A program made the translations under genes and the position numbers. A DNA stretch of 35,171 bases, taken from IMG/VR virus record IMGVR_UViG_3300020718_000030, positions 1 through 35,171 of that record; one strand, written 5' to 3'. Source of the DNA: a virus (taxonomy: Duplodnaviria; Caudoviricetes). Each line of letters starts with the position of its first letter. The first letter of the stretch is position 1. Shown here in pieces: positions 5,993 through 15,608 of the stretch. The notes beneath the pieces were generated by a model, which saw only the letters and a program-made list of their open reading frames with translations, was not told where the DNA came from and did not search any database.

Positions 5993-7547
5993 TACCGTTA
6001 TCCAAGCTGAATTAGACCCGATTGAGATTCTAAAAAGTCTATCTCCGGAAGAACGTGCCCGTTTTTTAAAGGACATGCCGGCTGAAGAAGCTGCATCTAC
6101 GTTAGAAATACTAGAAGAACTAGATACTCGGGATGCAAGGGAAGAAGTCCAGCAAGACTTCATGAAATTTGTTAACAGCGTCTGGCCTGAGTTTATTCAT
6201 GGAAGGCACCATGAGAAAATGGCAAAGGCTTTTGAGGATGTAGCCAATGGTACATGTAAACGTCTCATCATTAATATGCCTCCCCGTCACACTAAGTCTG
6301 AGTTTGCTTCTTATTTGCTACCAGCTTGGTTCCTCGGGAAGTTTCCTCAGAAGAAAGTTATCCAAACTTCGCACACCGCTGAGCTGGCTGTGGGCTTTGG
6401 CCGTAAAGTTAGGAACCTGGTGGACAACCCTCTGTATAGACGCCTTTTCCCTGCTATTGAACTCCAGTCAGACTCAAAGGCGGCAGGCCGTTGGAATACT
6501 AATTTTGGCGGTGATTATTTCGCTATCGGTGTGGGCGGTGCTGTTACTGGTAAGGGAGCTGATCTTCTCATCATTGACGATCCACATTCTGAGCAAGAGG
6601 CTGCCATAGCTGCATTCAATCCAGAAGTCTACGATAAAGTTTATGAGTGGTTTACCTCTGGTCCTCGTCAGCGTTTACAACCTGGAGGCTCTATTGTAAT
6701 CGTGATGACCCGCTGGTCGATGCGGGACTTGACTGCTCAGGTAGTAAAAAGTGCAGCCCAGCGTGGTGGGGATGAATGGCGTGTGATTGAGTTGCCAGCC
6801 ATTTTGGATAGCGGCAAACCGCTTTGGCCAGAGTTTTGGTCCCTTAAAGAACTTGAAGCCCTACATACTGAATTACCTAACGCCAAATGGATGGCACAAT
6901 ATATGCAACAGCCGACGAGCGATAGCTCGGCGATTGTGAAGAGAGAGTGGTGGAAAATTTGGGAAGCCGAAAGACCTCCCGCTTGTGAATATATTATTCA
7001 GTCTTGGGATACGGCCCACGAAAAGAAAACCGTAAATGACTTCTCAACTTGCACAACCTGGGGTGTTTTCTACAATGAGGAAGACCACAACCTACCAAAC
7101 ATTATCCTTTTGGACTCCTATAAGGAGCGCTTGGAATTTCCGGACCTCAAGGCGAAAGCGTATGAACTATACGAAGCGTATGAGCCGGACTCTCTTATTG
7201 TTGAGAAAAAGGCGGCTGGTGCGCCTCTCATTCAAGAACTTAGAAGGATGGGAATCCCTGTCGGGGAATTTAGTCCGGGGAAAGGTCAGGACAAGATTTC
7301 GAGGTTAAATTCAGTTGCAGATTTCTTTGCATCTGGTAAAGTATGGGCTCCAGCTACACGCTGGGCAGAAGAGCTGATAGACGAGGTTGCGGCATTCCCT
7401 TCGGGCGAACACGACGACTTAGTGGACTCAATGACATTAGCGCTAATGAGATTTAGGCAGGGGGGCTTTTTGCGCTTACCTACCGACGAACCAGAAGAGA
7501 TTAAATGGTTCAAATCTAAAAGAGGCGCTGGGTATTATAACGTTTAA
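5985..7547 (+). CDS. terL: Terminase large subunit (Terminase_6-type)
   Basis: Walker A-like NMPPRHTKS, Walker B LLIIDDP, coupling motif VMTRW, RNase H-like nuclease motifs SWDTA and HDDLVD. Confidence 0.97.
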   Translation: MTDTVIQAELDPIEILKSLSPEERARFLKDMPAEEAASTLEILEELDTRDAREEVQQDFMKFVNSVWPEFIHGRHHEKMAKAFEDVANGTCKRLIINMPPRHTKSEFASYLLPAWFLGKFPQKKVIQTSHTAELAVGFGRKVRNLVDNPLYRRLFPAIELQSDSKAAGRWNTNFGGDYFAIGVGGAVTGKGADLLIIDDPHSEQEAAIAAFNPEVYDKVYEWFTSGPRQRLQPGGSIVIVMTRWSMRDLTAQVVKSAAQRGGDEWRVIELPAILDSGKPLWPEFWSLKELEALHTELPNAKWMAQYMQQPTSDSSAIVKREWWKIWEAERPPACEYIIQSWDTAHEKKTVNDFSTCTTWGVFYNEEDHNLPNIILLDSYKERLEFPDLKAKAYELYEAYEPDSLIVEKKAAGAPLIQELRRMGIPVGEFSPGKGQDKISRLNSVADFFASGKVWAPATRWAEELIDEVAAFPSGEHDDLVDSMTLALMRFRQGGFLRLPTDEPEEIKWFKSKRGAGYYNV

Positions 7548-7558
7548 GGACAAACGAC

Positions 7559-10087
7559 ATGGCAATAGATAAAGGCATTTACCAAGCCCCGGCAGGGATC
7601 GCAGATACACAAGAGCCAGCACTCGAGATTGAGATTCTTGGCCCAGGTGATGAAATCGGTGACACCGAGAGTGGTATCGAAGAAGAGGACACAGGTTCCG
7701 ACAAGTTTAATGAAAACCTTGCTGAGGACATGGATGAACGTGAACTTCAGTCTATTGCTAGTGAATTAATTGGTTTGTTTGATGCAGACGTGTCTGCTCG
7801 TAAAGATTGGGCTGATACCTATGTCGAAGGTCTAAAACTATTGGGATTAAAGTATGAGGAAACTACTGAACCATGGGCGGGTGCCTGCGGGGTGTACCAT
7901 CCAATGCTTGCTGAAGCGGTGGTCAAGTTCCAGTCCGAAGCTATTATGGAGACCTTTCCGGCGATGGGTCCCGTTAAGACAAAAATTATTGGAAAAGAGA
8001 CTACGAGCAAGAAAGAGGCATCATACCGTGTATCGGAGGATATGAATTATCGCTTGACTGAGCAGATGAGCGAGTATCGCCCAGAGCATGAAAAGCTTTT
8101 ATGGAATTTGCCTTTAGCTGGTTCAGCATTTAAAAAGGTGTATTTTGACCCAGCCCTTGGCCGTCAAGTAGCAATGTTTATACCTGCAGAAGATTTAGTT
8201 GTTCCTTATGGCGCATCAAACTTAGATAACGCTGGTCGCATCAGCCACGTAATGCGCAAGACCAAGAATGATGTGAAAAAGCTTCAGGCTGCTGGCTTTT
8301 GGCGTGATATTGATTTGGGCGAGCCAACAAACATTCTTGATGACATCGAGAAACGCAAAGCAGAAGAGCAAGGATTTACTGCAACTACAGATAATCGTTT
8401 CAGAATTATTGAGATGCACGTGGACTATGATCTACCCGGGCACGAAGATGAGGACGGAATTGCACTACCTTACATCATTACTATAGAAAAGAGCACCGGA
8501 AGAGTGCTTGCGATTCGCCGCAACTGGTATGAGGGTGATAACCTTAAATTGAAACGTACACATTTCGTGCACTATCAATACGTACCGGGATTTGGATTTT
8601 ATGGATATGGACTCATTCACCTCATTGGCGGTTATGCTCGTTCCGCTACTACTATTATTCGCCAGCTCGTCGACGCAGGGACCCTCAGCAATTTACCGGG
8701 CGGTCTCAAAGCACGAGGCTTACGGGTTAAGGGAGACGACACCCCAATCAGCCCAGGAGAATTCCGAGATGTAGACGTACCATCAGGTGTCATTAAAGAC
8801 AACATTATGCTCCTGCCGTATAAGGAGCCTAGCCAAACTTTGATGGCGTTATTCAATCAAATAGTTCAAGAAGGTCGTGCATTTGTTTCCGCCGGAGATC
8901 TCCAGGTATCTGATATGGGTGGTAATGCACCTGTTGGAACTACTTTGGCTATTTTGGAGCGCACCCTCAAGGTAATGTCGGCTATCCAAGCCCGTTTGCA
9001 TTACTCAATGAAGCAGGAGTTCAACCTCCTCAAAGTAATTATTGCGGACTACACAGATGAGGATTATGAATATGAACCTGAAGATGGTACTCCAGCAGCT
9101 AAAAAATCGGATTACGATGATGTTGAGGTTTTACCGGTTAGCGACCCTAATGCGAGCACGATGGCGCAGAAAATCGTACAGTATCAAGCTGTGCTCCAAC
9201 TGGCTCAATCGGCACCGCAACTCTACAACCTCCCGCTCCTCCACCGCCAGATGATTGAAGTTCTTGGTATCAAGAATGCTCAAAAACTTGTACCAATGGC
9301 AGAAGACCAAAAACCTGCTGACCCAGTCACAGAGAATCAAAATATTCTCATGATGAAGCCGGTTAAGGCGTTTAGCTACCAAGACCATGAAGCGCATATC
9401 CAGGTCCACATGGCGGCAATGCAAGATCCTAAGATCCAAGCGTTACTACAAAATAACCCACAAGCTCAGCAGATTGGCTCGGCTATGATGGCTCACGTCA
9501 ATGAGCACTTAGGTTATGCGTATCGTGCACAGATTGCACAACAGATGGGTATGCCAATGCCTCCACAGCAACTTGATGATAGGGGTGAAGAGGAAGATGT
9601 TGAATTTACTCCAGAGATGGAAGCTCAGTTAGCTCCGATGATGGCCCAAGCTGCACAGAAATTGCTACAGCAAAACCAGCAAGCTCAACAAGCCCAGCAA
9701 AATGCTCAGCAACAACAAGATCCGATTATCCAGATCCAAATGCAAGAGCTGCAAATCAAGCAACAAGAGCAACAGCGTAAAGCTACTAAAGACCAACAGG
9801 ACTTCCAGCTCAAGCAAGAACAGTTACGTATCGAAGAAGAGCGTATCAAGTCTCAGGCTTTGATTGCTGCAGGTAATGCTATTAATCAGGCAGGCATGAG
9901 CCAGGCTAAACTTAAAGCCCAACGTATCCAAAAAGGTGGCGAGATTTTAGGTAAGGCAGTAGAAAAAGATGCCCAGCTTAGACATGAGAAAAACGCTCAA
10001 GGACGCCAACACCTCCACGAGATGATGAAGACTGAACAACTAGCTGAGATGCAACCAGCACAACCAAAAAAGGAAACTAAAGAGTGA
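7559..10087 (+). CDS. Portal protein with a long Gln-rich C-terminal coiled coil (P22-like barrel)
   Basis: 842 aa immediately after terL; GSAFKKVYFD and PGFGFYGYGL motifs; Q-rich helical tail. Confidence 0.9.
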   Translation: MAIDKGIYQAPAGIADTQEPALEIEILGPGDEIGDTESGIEEEDTGSDKFNENLAEDMDERELQSIASELIGLFDADVSARKDWADTYVEGLKLLGLKYEETTEPWAGACGVYHPMLAEAVVKFQSEAIMETFPAMGPVKTKIIGKETTSKKEASYRVSEDMNYRLTEQMSEYRPEHEKLLWNLPLAGSAFKKVYFDPALGRQVAMFIPAEDLVVPYGASNLDNAGRISHVMRKTKNDVKKLQAAGFWRDIDLGEPTNILDDIEKRKAEEQGFTATTDNRFRIIEMHVDYDLPGHEDEDGIALPYIITIEKSTGRVLAIRRNWYEGDNLKLKRTHFVHYQYVPGFGFYGYGLIHLIGGYARSATTIIRQLVDAGTLSNLPGGLKARGLRVKGDDTPISPGEFRDVDVPSGVIKDNIMLLPYKEPSQTLMALFNQIVQEGRAFVSAGDLQVSDMGGNAPVGTTLAILERTLKVMSAIQARLHYSMKQEFNLLKVIIADYTDEDYEYEPEDGTPAAKKSDYDDVEVLPVSDPNASTMAQKIVQYQAVLQLAQSAPQLYNLPLLHRQMIEVLGIKNAQKLVPMAEDQKPADPVTENQNILMMKPVKAFSYQDHEAHIQVHMAAMQDPKIQALLQNNPQAQQIGSAMMAHVNEHLGYAYRAQIAQQMGMPMPPQQLDDRGEEEDVEFTPEMEAQLAPMMAQAAQKLLQQNQQAQQAQQNAQQQQDPIIQIQMQELQIKQQEQQRKATKDQQDFQLKQEQLRIEEERIKSQALIAAGNAINQAGMSQAKLKAQRIQKGGEILGKAVEKDAQLRHEKNAQGRQHLHEMMKTEQLAEMQPAQPKKETKE

Positions 10088-10272
10088 CCGAGTATGAATA
10101 CCTAGTCCGAGAGTTAAATCTAATGATCGAGTCTAGAGCACAATCCGTTGCCGATGGCAGCTGCAAAGCGTACGATGAGTACAAACACACAACAGGGATT
10201 ATCCGTGGTCTTGCCCTGGCTGTGGATTTTATTAAAGACCGTGAGCAAAAAACAAAGGATGAAGATGAGTGA
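10084..10272 (+). CDS. Conserved small head-module protein
   Basis: 62 aa, GTGA overlap with the portal gene; YDEYKHTTGIIRGL motif. Confidence 0.75.
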   Translation: MTEYEYLVRELNLMIESRAQSVADGSCKAYDEYKHTTGIIRGLALAVDFIKDREQKTKDEDE

Positions 10273-10666
10273 CATCATTATCAGCGATGCCTTGGGGAAT
10301 CTCTCAAAGCTACCTGAAAAACCTGAAGCAAAAGCAACACAACTTCCAAAAGCTGCTGGCTACCATATCTTGTGTATGGTTCCACAGGTTGAAGAAGAGT
10401 ATGAAAGCGGTTTATTAAAGTCAGCGGTAACACAGCAACACGAAGAAGTCCTAACACCCGTGCTTTTTGTTATGGACATTGGACCTGATGCTTATGCCGA
10501 CAAAGAGCGTTTTCCCAGCGGTCCGCTGTGCAAAGTTGGTGACTTCGTGTTGATTCGCCCTAGTTCTGGTTCACGCCTCAAGATTCATGGCCGTGAGTTC
10601 AGAATTATCAACGATGATTCCGTAGAAGCCGTAGTAGAAGATCCTCGTGGCATTACGAGAGCATAA
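10265..10666 (+). CDS. groES: GroES/Cpn10-like co-chaperonin (start revised to ATG 10265)
   Basis: GYHILC...ESGLL...VMDIGPDAY...KVGDFVL...KIHGREFRIINDDSVEAVV matches the Cpn10 pattern. Confidence 0.85.
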   Translation: MSDIIISDALGNLSKLPEKPEAKATQLPKAAGYHILCMVPQVEEEYESGLLKSAVTQQHEEVLTPVLFVMDIGPDAYADKERFPSGPLCKVGDFVLIRPSSGSRLKIHGREFRIINDDSVEAVVEDPRGITRA

Positions 10667-10677
10667 AGGAGGTTTAC

Positions 10678-11727
10678 ATGTCTGAAGAATTTGGGGCTGT
10701 AACTTTTGGTAAGGGCGGTAAGGTTATCCCTCTAGGTGGTACTGAGGGCGATACTTTTGAGTTCCCTGACGAAATTGCAGCCAGAGAAGAAGTACAAAAA
10801 GAAGCAAAGGCGGCGCCTGAGGTAGATATTGAGATTGTTGATGATACTCCTCCAGAAGACCGTGGTCGTGAACCAATGGAAGCTGATGCAGCAGCTATTG
10901 ATGATGAAGATGAACTACTTAGTTATGACAAGAAAGTTCAAAAACGCATTAAGAAGCTAACCAAAGGCTACCATGACATCCGTCGTGAGAAAGAAGAAGC
11001 TCTCAAAATGCGTGAAGAAGCGCTTAGAGTGGCTCAATTCTTGGTTGATGAGAACAAACGCATCCAAAATACCCTGCATGAAGGTAGTAAAGTATTCATT
11101 CAGCAAGGTCAAGAAGGTGCCGAAGCAGCTCTTATTTTGGCTAAAAAGGCGTACAAAGAGGCTTATGAGGCCGGAGATAGCGACGCCCTAGTAGATGCAC
11201 AACAAGCAATGGCAGAAGCAACGCTAAAGCTTGATCGTGCTAAAACTATGCAGCCAATTCAACCAAAAGAACAGGAATTCCAGCTTCCAACGTATGCACC
11301 AGAAGCACCAGCACAGGATCCTAAGCTAACAAAATGGCTAGATGCTAACGACTGGTACGGTGGTGAAACAGCTGAAGAAGATGAAATGACTGGTCTCGCT
11401 ATTACGATCCATAACCGTCTTGCAAAAGAATTTGGTGAAAAATATGTTGGATCCGATGAGTATTACTCAAAAATCAGTGATACAATCCGGAAAAGATTCC
11501 CCGATTATTTCGGGAGCGACGATCAAGAAGTTGAAGAAGTACAAGAAACAAAACCGGTTAAGACCCGTGCCAAACCCGCTGCCAGTGTTGTAGCTCCTGC
11601 TACTCGCTCAGTTGCCCCCAAGAAAGTACAACTTACGCCTACTCAGGTACAGATTGCGAAGCGCTTAGGTGTGCCTCTAGATCTTTATGCCAAGAAGGTT
11701 GCCGAACAAATGAATGGAGATAGATAA
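10678..11727 (+). CDS. Putative capsid scaffolding protein
   Basis: Acidic coiled-coil protein; C-terminal VQLTPTQVQIAKRLGVPLDLYAK; lies upstream of the capsid genes; strong SD AAGGAGG. Confidence 0.7.
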   Translation: MSEEFGAVTFGKGGKVIPLGGTEGDTFEFPDEIAAREEVQKEAKAAPEVDIEIVDDTPPEDRGREPMEADAAAIDDEDELLSYDKKVQKRIKKLTKGYHDIRREKEEALKMREEALRVAQFLVDENKRIQNTLHEGSKVFIQQGQEGAEAALILAKKAYKEAYEAGDSDALVDAQQAMAEATLKLDRAKTMQPIQPKEQEFQLPTYAPEAPAQDPKLTKWLDANDWYGGETAEEDEMTGLAITIHNRLAKEFGEKYVGSDEYYSKISDTIRKRFPDYFGSDDQEVEEVQETKPVKTRAKPAASVVAPATRSVAPKKVQLTPTQVQIAKRLGVPLDLYAKKVAEQMNGDR

Positions 11728-12173
11728 TGGTTAAGAAAACCCGTGAATTAGAAAGTCGTGAAACTGAAGTACGTCCAATTGATAGTTGGGCACCGCCTCA
11801 GTTGTTACCAACGCCAGATCCTCGTGAAGGCTGGGCACATCGTTGGGTTAGAACTTCTACTATGGGCTCTGCTGATCCCATGAATGTCTCAGCTAAGCGT
11901 AGGGAAGGTTTTGAGCCTGTTAAGGCTGAGGATTATCCTGAACTTATGAGCCATGCTTCCGTTGATGGACAGTTTAAAGGCTCAATTGAAATTGGTGGTT
12001 TAGTTTTATGTCGTGCTCCAAAAGAGTTTATGGAACAACGTGCTGCTTATTACAGCAAGTTAAATAATTCTCAAATGGAGTCCGTAGACAATAACTTCAT
12101 GGCCCAGAATGACCCACGTATGCCGATGTTTAAAGAGCGGTCTACTAAAGTTACTTTTGGAAAAGGAAGTTAA
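11727..12173 (+). CDS. Conserved head-module hypothetical protein
   Basis: 148 aa; GWAHRWVR and IEIGGLVLC motifs; TAATG-coupled. Confidence 0.75.
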   Translation: MVKKTRELESRETEVRPIDSWAPPQLLPTPDPREGWAHRWVRTSTMGSADPMNVSAKRREGFEPVKAEDYPELMSHASVDGQFKGSIEIGGLVLCRAPKEFMEQRAAYYSKLNNSQMESVDNNFMAQNDPRMPMFKERSTKVTFGKGS

Positions 12174-12200
12174 TTTTTAATTTAATTTAAGGAGCTTTTT

Positions 12201-12881
12201 ATGAGCACAGTATCGGCCCCATACGGGCTTAAACCAATCAGTTTGATTGGCGGTCAATCCTTTACTGGCGGCACAATCCGTGAGTATTTATTGACCACAA
12301 ATAACACCGCACCTATTTTTAATGGTGACTTGGTGCAATTAGGCGCATCTGCTGCTGGCCAACCTACAGTCGTTACAGCTACTCCAGTAGTTGGTACACA
12401 AGTTGGTTTGGTTGGTGTTTGCGTAGGTGTTCGTTATCAATTGGCTGGCCAACAACTCGGCTATCCTTTGTATGCGCAATACTTGCCAGCTAACGCTGTA
12501 ACAGCAGGCTACACAAACATTTTCATTCGTGTAGTTGAAGACCCAGATCAGTTGTATCAAGTTCAAGCCGCTGGTTCCGTAGGTTACGGTTCTATTGGTA
12601 AGACAGCAGCATTGGGTAACTTCACAGGCGGCACAGGTTCTACAACTGGTTCTACAACTACAGGTAACTCTGTAATTAACGTAACTGGTACATTATCTAG
12701 TGGCGCTTTGACTGTAAGCAATGCTAATACAGCAGCAGTAAAAATCGTTGACTTGGTTAACTCCAGCTCAACATTCGGTGGTAACTTCCCATCGAACCCA
12801 GGCGATGCATACACAGATTTGATCGTTAAGATCAACTTTGGTGCGCATTCTTATTATCAAGCTGCTGGTACAGCTAACTAA
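12201..12881 (+). CDS. Putative capsid decoration/cement protein
   Basis: G/T/V-rich beta protein directly before the major capsid gene; strong SD AAGGAG. Confidence 0.6.
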   Translation: MSTVSAPYGLKPISLIGGQSFTGGTIREYLLTTNNTAPIFNGDLVQLGASAAGQPTVVTATPVVGTQVGLVGVCVGVRYQLAGQQLGYPLYAQYLPANAVTAGYTNIFIRVVEDPDQLYQVQAAGSVGYGSIGKTAALGNFTGGTGSTTGSTTTGNSVINVTGTLSSGALTVSNANTAAVKIVDLVNSSSTFGGNFPSNPGDAYTDLIVKINFGAHSYYQAAGTAN

Positions 12882-12896
12882 TTAAGGAGCTAAATA

Positions 12897-13814
12897 ATGG
12901 CTATTTCACGTTCACAACTCCTTAAAGAGTTACTCCCAGGTCTGAATGCATTGTTCGGATTAGAATACGCACGCTACGGCGAAGAGCACAAAGAGATTTA
13001 CGAAACTGAATCTTCTGAGCGTTCTTTCGAAGAAGAAACCAAGTTGTCCGGTTTCTCTGCAGCCCCTGTTAAAAACGAGGGCGGCGCTATCTCTTACGAT
13101 AATGCACAAGAAGCATGGTCCACACGCTACTCACACGAAACCATCGCTTTAGGTTTCTCAATCACTGAAGAAGCGATTGAAGATAACTTGTACGACAGCT
13201 TGTCTGCTCGTTACACTAAAGCATTGGCTCGTGCTATGGCTTACACCAAGCAAGTTAAAGCTGCATCTGTATTGAATAATGGTTTCAACACCTCTGGTTC
13301 GTACAACGGCGGCGACGGCGTATCTTTGTTCAACACTGCTCACCCATTGGTTTCTGGCGGCACAAACAGCAACACTGCTGCTGTACCTGTCGACTTGAAT
13401 GAAACTTCTTTGGAAGCTGCTGTTATTCAAATTGCTGCTTGGACTGACGAGCGTGGTCTTTTGATCGCTGCTAAACCACGTAAATTGGTAGTTCCACCTG
13501 CTTTGATGTTCGTTGCAACTCGTTTGCTCGAAACTAAATTGCGTGTTGGTACAACTGATAACGATATTAGCGCTATCAACAACAACGGTACAATTCCTGA
13601 AGGTTACACAGTTAACCACTTCTTGACCGACACAAACGGCTGGTTCTTAACTACCGACGTTCCAAACGGTTTGAAGCACTTCGAGCGTACACCACTCCAG
13701 AATTCTATGGACGGTGACTTCGACACAGGTAACGTACGTTACAAATCCCGTGAGCGTTACAGCTTCGGTTGGTCAGACCCACTCGGTGTCTGGGGCTCTT
13801 CCGGTTCTAACTAA
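12897..13814 (+). CDS. Major capsid protein (HK97 fold)
   Basis: MAISRSQLLKELLPGLNALFGLEY N-terminus; KPRKLVVPPAL and RERYSFGWSD motifs; high-expression codon bias; terminator downstream. Confidence 0.92.
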   Translation: MAISRSQLLKELLPGLNALFGLEYARYGEEHKEIYETESSERSFEEETKLSGFSAAPVKNEGGAISYDNAQEAWSTRYSHETIALGFSITEEAIEDNLYDSLSARYTKALARAMAYTKQVKAASVLNNGFNTSGSYNGGDGVSLFNTAHPLVSGGTNSNTAAVPVDLNETSLEAAVIQIAAWTDERGLLIAAKPRKLVVPPALMFVATRLLETKLRVGTTDNDISAINNNGTIPEGYTVNHFLTDTNGWFLTTDVPNGLKHFERTPLQNSMDGDFDTGNVRYKSRERYSFGWSDPLGVWGSSGSN

Positions 13815-13835
13815 AATAGAACTAGAGTCAATGAG

Positions 13836-13862
13836 AACCCCGCTCACAAGGCGGGGTTTTTT
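13836..13862 (+). terminator. Intrinsic terminator after the major capsid gene
   Basis: AACCCCGC-TCACAAG-GCGGGGTT followed by a T-tract. Confidence 0.88.
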
Positions 13863-14203
13863 GTTTCTTCGTAGTGATGTACCCTATGGCAGTTAGCGCA
13901 TAAGACTACGCACTTTTTAACCTCTTCCATTGCAGCAGCGTAACAACCACTGCTGACTAGTTTACTGACTAGGTTTTCTTTTTCGTTTGGGTTTGTGTGG
14001 TGGAAATCTAGGGCTGCAATATGGGAAAACCCACACTGCGTGCACTTAAGGGAAGTTTTAAAATCTACCCATTTTGCTTTTCCTATAGCTCTACTAGCTT
14101 TGCTTACGGCTATTACTTTTTCTTTATTAGCTAAATAATATTCACGGCTGCGTTGTTGATGATACGCTTTTCTTACGCTCTCGTCTTTGTACGGCATCAG
14201 CAT
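13844..14203 (-). CDS. HNH endonuclease
   Basis: CTQCG...ALDFHH...EEVKKCVVLCANCHRVHH. Confidence 0.88.
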   Translation of the reverse strand: MLMPYKDESVRKAYHQQRSREYYLANKEKVIAVSKASRAIGKAKWVDFKTSLKCTQCGFSHIAALDFHHTNPNEKENLVSKLVSSGCYAAAMEEVKKCVVLCANCHRVHHYEETKNPAL

Positions 14204-14630
14204 TTACCTTATATTTCCAATATATTGCGTTTCTGAAAGACCACTTATTTGCAGGAGTATATATCTTAAAGCCAGCATTAATCAAAGAGTTGCTTGATGC
14301 GGGGTTATTTGTTGTATCTGTGATACACCAGTTCCAACCAAGTCGTTTTGCTTGGGATAGTCTAGCTTTAATTAAACGCAATTGAAGTCCATGACCAGTA
14401 AAGCCACCCATTACACCAGCCCTGCATAAGTACCCTGTATCGGTCCACTTGATCGAACGCACCAGACCCGCAAAAGCCACGGGCTTCCCACACTCTGCGT
14501 AGGCTATCCACCAATGGCCCCGAGTCGGTTGGTAAGGTTGGTCTTCCGGCAAAATCTTTTTCTGAAGAAAGAGAAGTAGACTCTGAATTGCTGGGTTTCT
14601 TATATCGACTTTTTTCACTGTGAATTTCAT
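14142..14630 (-). CDS. GNAT-family acetyltransferase (start probably ATG 14630)
   Basis: WWIAY..GKPVAFAG, GYLCRAGV..FTGHGLQLRLI (acetyl-CoA motif A), NNPASSNSLINAGFK (motif B). Confidence 0.85.
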   Translation of the reverse strand: MKFTVKKVDIRNPAIQSLLLFLQKKILPEDQPYQPTRGHWWIAYAECGKPVAFAGLVRSIKWTDTGYLCRAGVMGGFTGHGLQLRLIKARLSQAKRLGWNWCITDTTNNPASSNSLINAGFKIYTPANKWSFRNAIYWKYKVNADAVQRRERKKSVSSTTQP

Positions 14631-14723
14631 TGCCCATACCCCGTCCAAATTATTTATCTGATTTTGGATATTTTACCTAAAAAGGGTGTTGCAAAAATTA
14701 AAAATAGGGTAAACTACAGGAAA

Positions 14724-14795
14724 CCGGGAAACCCGGCTTATTAGACTGCCCCGGCAGATACCATACAAACTAGTAAGCCTTATCGTATGGAGATT
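14724..14795 (+). ncRNA. Candidate pseudoknotted cis-regulatory RNA overlapping the RBS
   Basis: GGCTTATTAG (14735-44) pairs with CTAGTAAGCC (14770-79); inner CTGC/GCAG hairpin; loop CCATAC (14761-66) pairs with GTATGG (14785-90) at the GGAG SD. Confidence 0.5.
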
Positions 14796-14799
14796 TATT

Positions 14800-15279
14800 A
14801 TGGGATTTGCTACACATTTAGGCCCTTGGCTATTAGGTACTGTTAAAAACACAACTGGCACTACAGCTGGTACTGTTCGTAATACAGGCGCAACGGTAGT
14901 TGCACAGACTATTCCTTTCACATATACTGGTATTAATACCGCATTGACTGGCACAATTGGTGCTATTCCTGCAGGTGCTTGTGTTACTGGTGTTCAAATC
15001 ATCACTTCTACAGTATTTAGCGCTGCTACTACTTTGAAGATTACTATTGGTGGTGTTGATTTTGCTGCTGCCTCAACTATTACTTCTGTTGGTTCTATTA
15101 CCCAGGCTTTATCTGCTGGTTTTGCTCCTACATCTGTAAACGTTGGCACAACCGATGCGTTAATTACTTACACAGCTACTGAAGCTTCTGCTTTGACAAC
15201 TGGTGCTGCTACTGTTGTTATCACTTATGTAGTTCGTGATTCAAACGGTAACGCTAATCCAACAACATATCAGGCTTAA
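14800..15279 (+). CDS. Putative capsid-associated structural protein
   Basis: T/A/G-rich beta protein with IPAGACVTGVQI motif; first plus-strand gene after the major capsid gene. Confidence 0.65.
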   Translation: MGFATHLGPWLLGTVKNTTGTTAGTVRNTGATVVAQTIPFTYTGINTALTGTIGAIPAGACVTGVQIITSTVFSAATTLKITIGGVDFAAASTITSVGSITQALSAGFAPTSVNVGTTDALITYTATEASALTTGAATVVITYVVRDSNGNANPTTYQA

Positions 15280-15329
15280 TCTCTGATGGGGGGCTTGTCC
15301 CCCTTGTTTAACTTTATTGGAGATTAATT

Positions 15330-15608
15330 ATGGCAATGCAAACTGATGTATTATCAACATCATTAAGTTCTAGTGGTTCAGTATATGGCGCTAGAACTAG
15401 AGTACGTGGTTTAGTTATAACACCTGGAGCTTCTGCAGGAAGTGTAACTTTACTAGACGGTGGTTCTGGTGGTACAAGCAAAATGGTTATTAATACACCA
15501 GCAGCTGGGCAGCCCTTTAATGTACTGATACCTGGAGAAGGCGTATTATTTTCTACTACTATTTACGCTACTTTATCTAACGCCACGGTTACAGTATTCT
15601 ATGGCTAA
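15330..15608 (+). CDS. Small putative structural protein
   Basis: 92 aa beta-rich; IPGEGVLF...TVFYG; SD GGAG. Confidence 0.7.
   Translation: MAMQTDVLSTSLSSSGSVYGARTRVRGLVITPGASAGSVTLLDGGSGGTSKMVINTPAAGQPFNVLIPGEGVLFSTTIYATLSNATVTVFYG

Noticed and set aside
14724-14795. Assignment of the leader RNA to HDV-like ribozymes or a known riboswitch class
   Set aside because: Stem order and conserved nucleotides do not fit any class I can confirm by eye; left as an unassigned candidate.
15288-15310. G/C hairpin after the 14800-15279 gene as a terminator
   Set aside because: Short homopolymeric stem and an interrupted U-tract; at most a weak terminator or stabilising hairpin.
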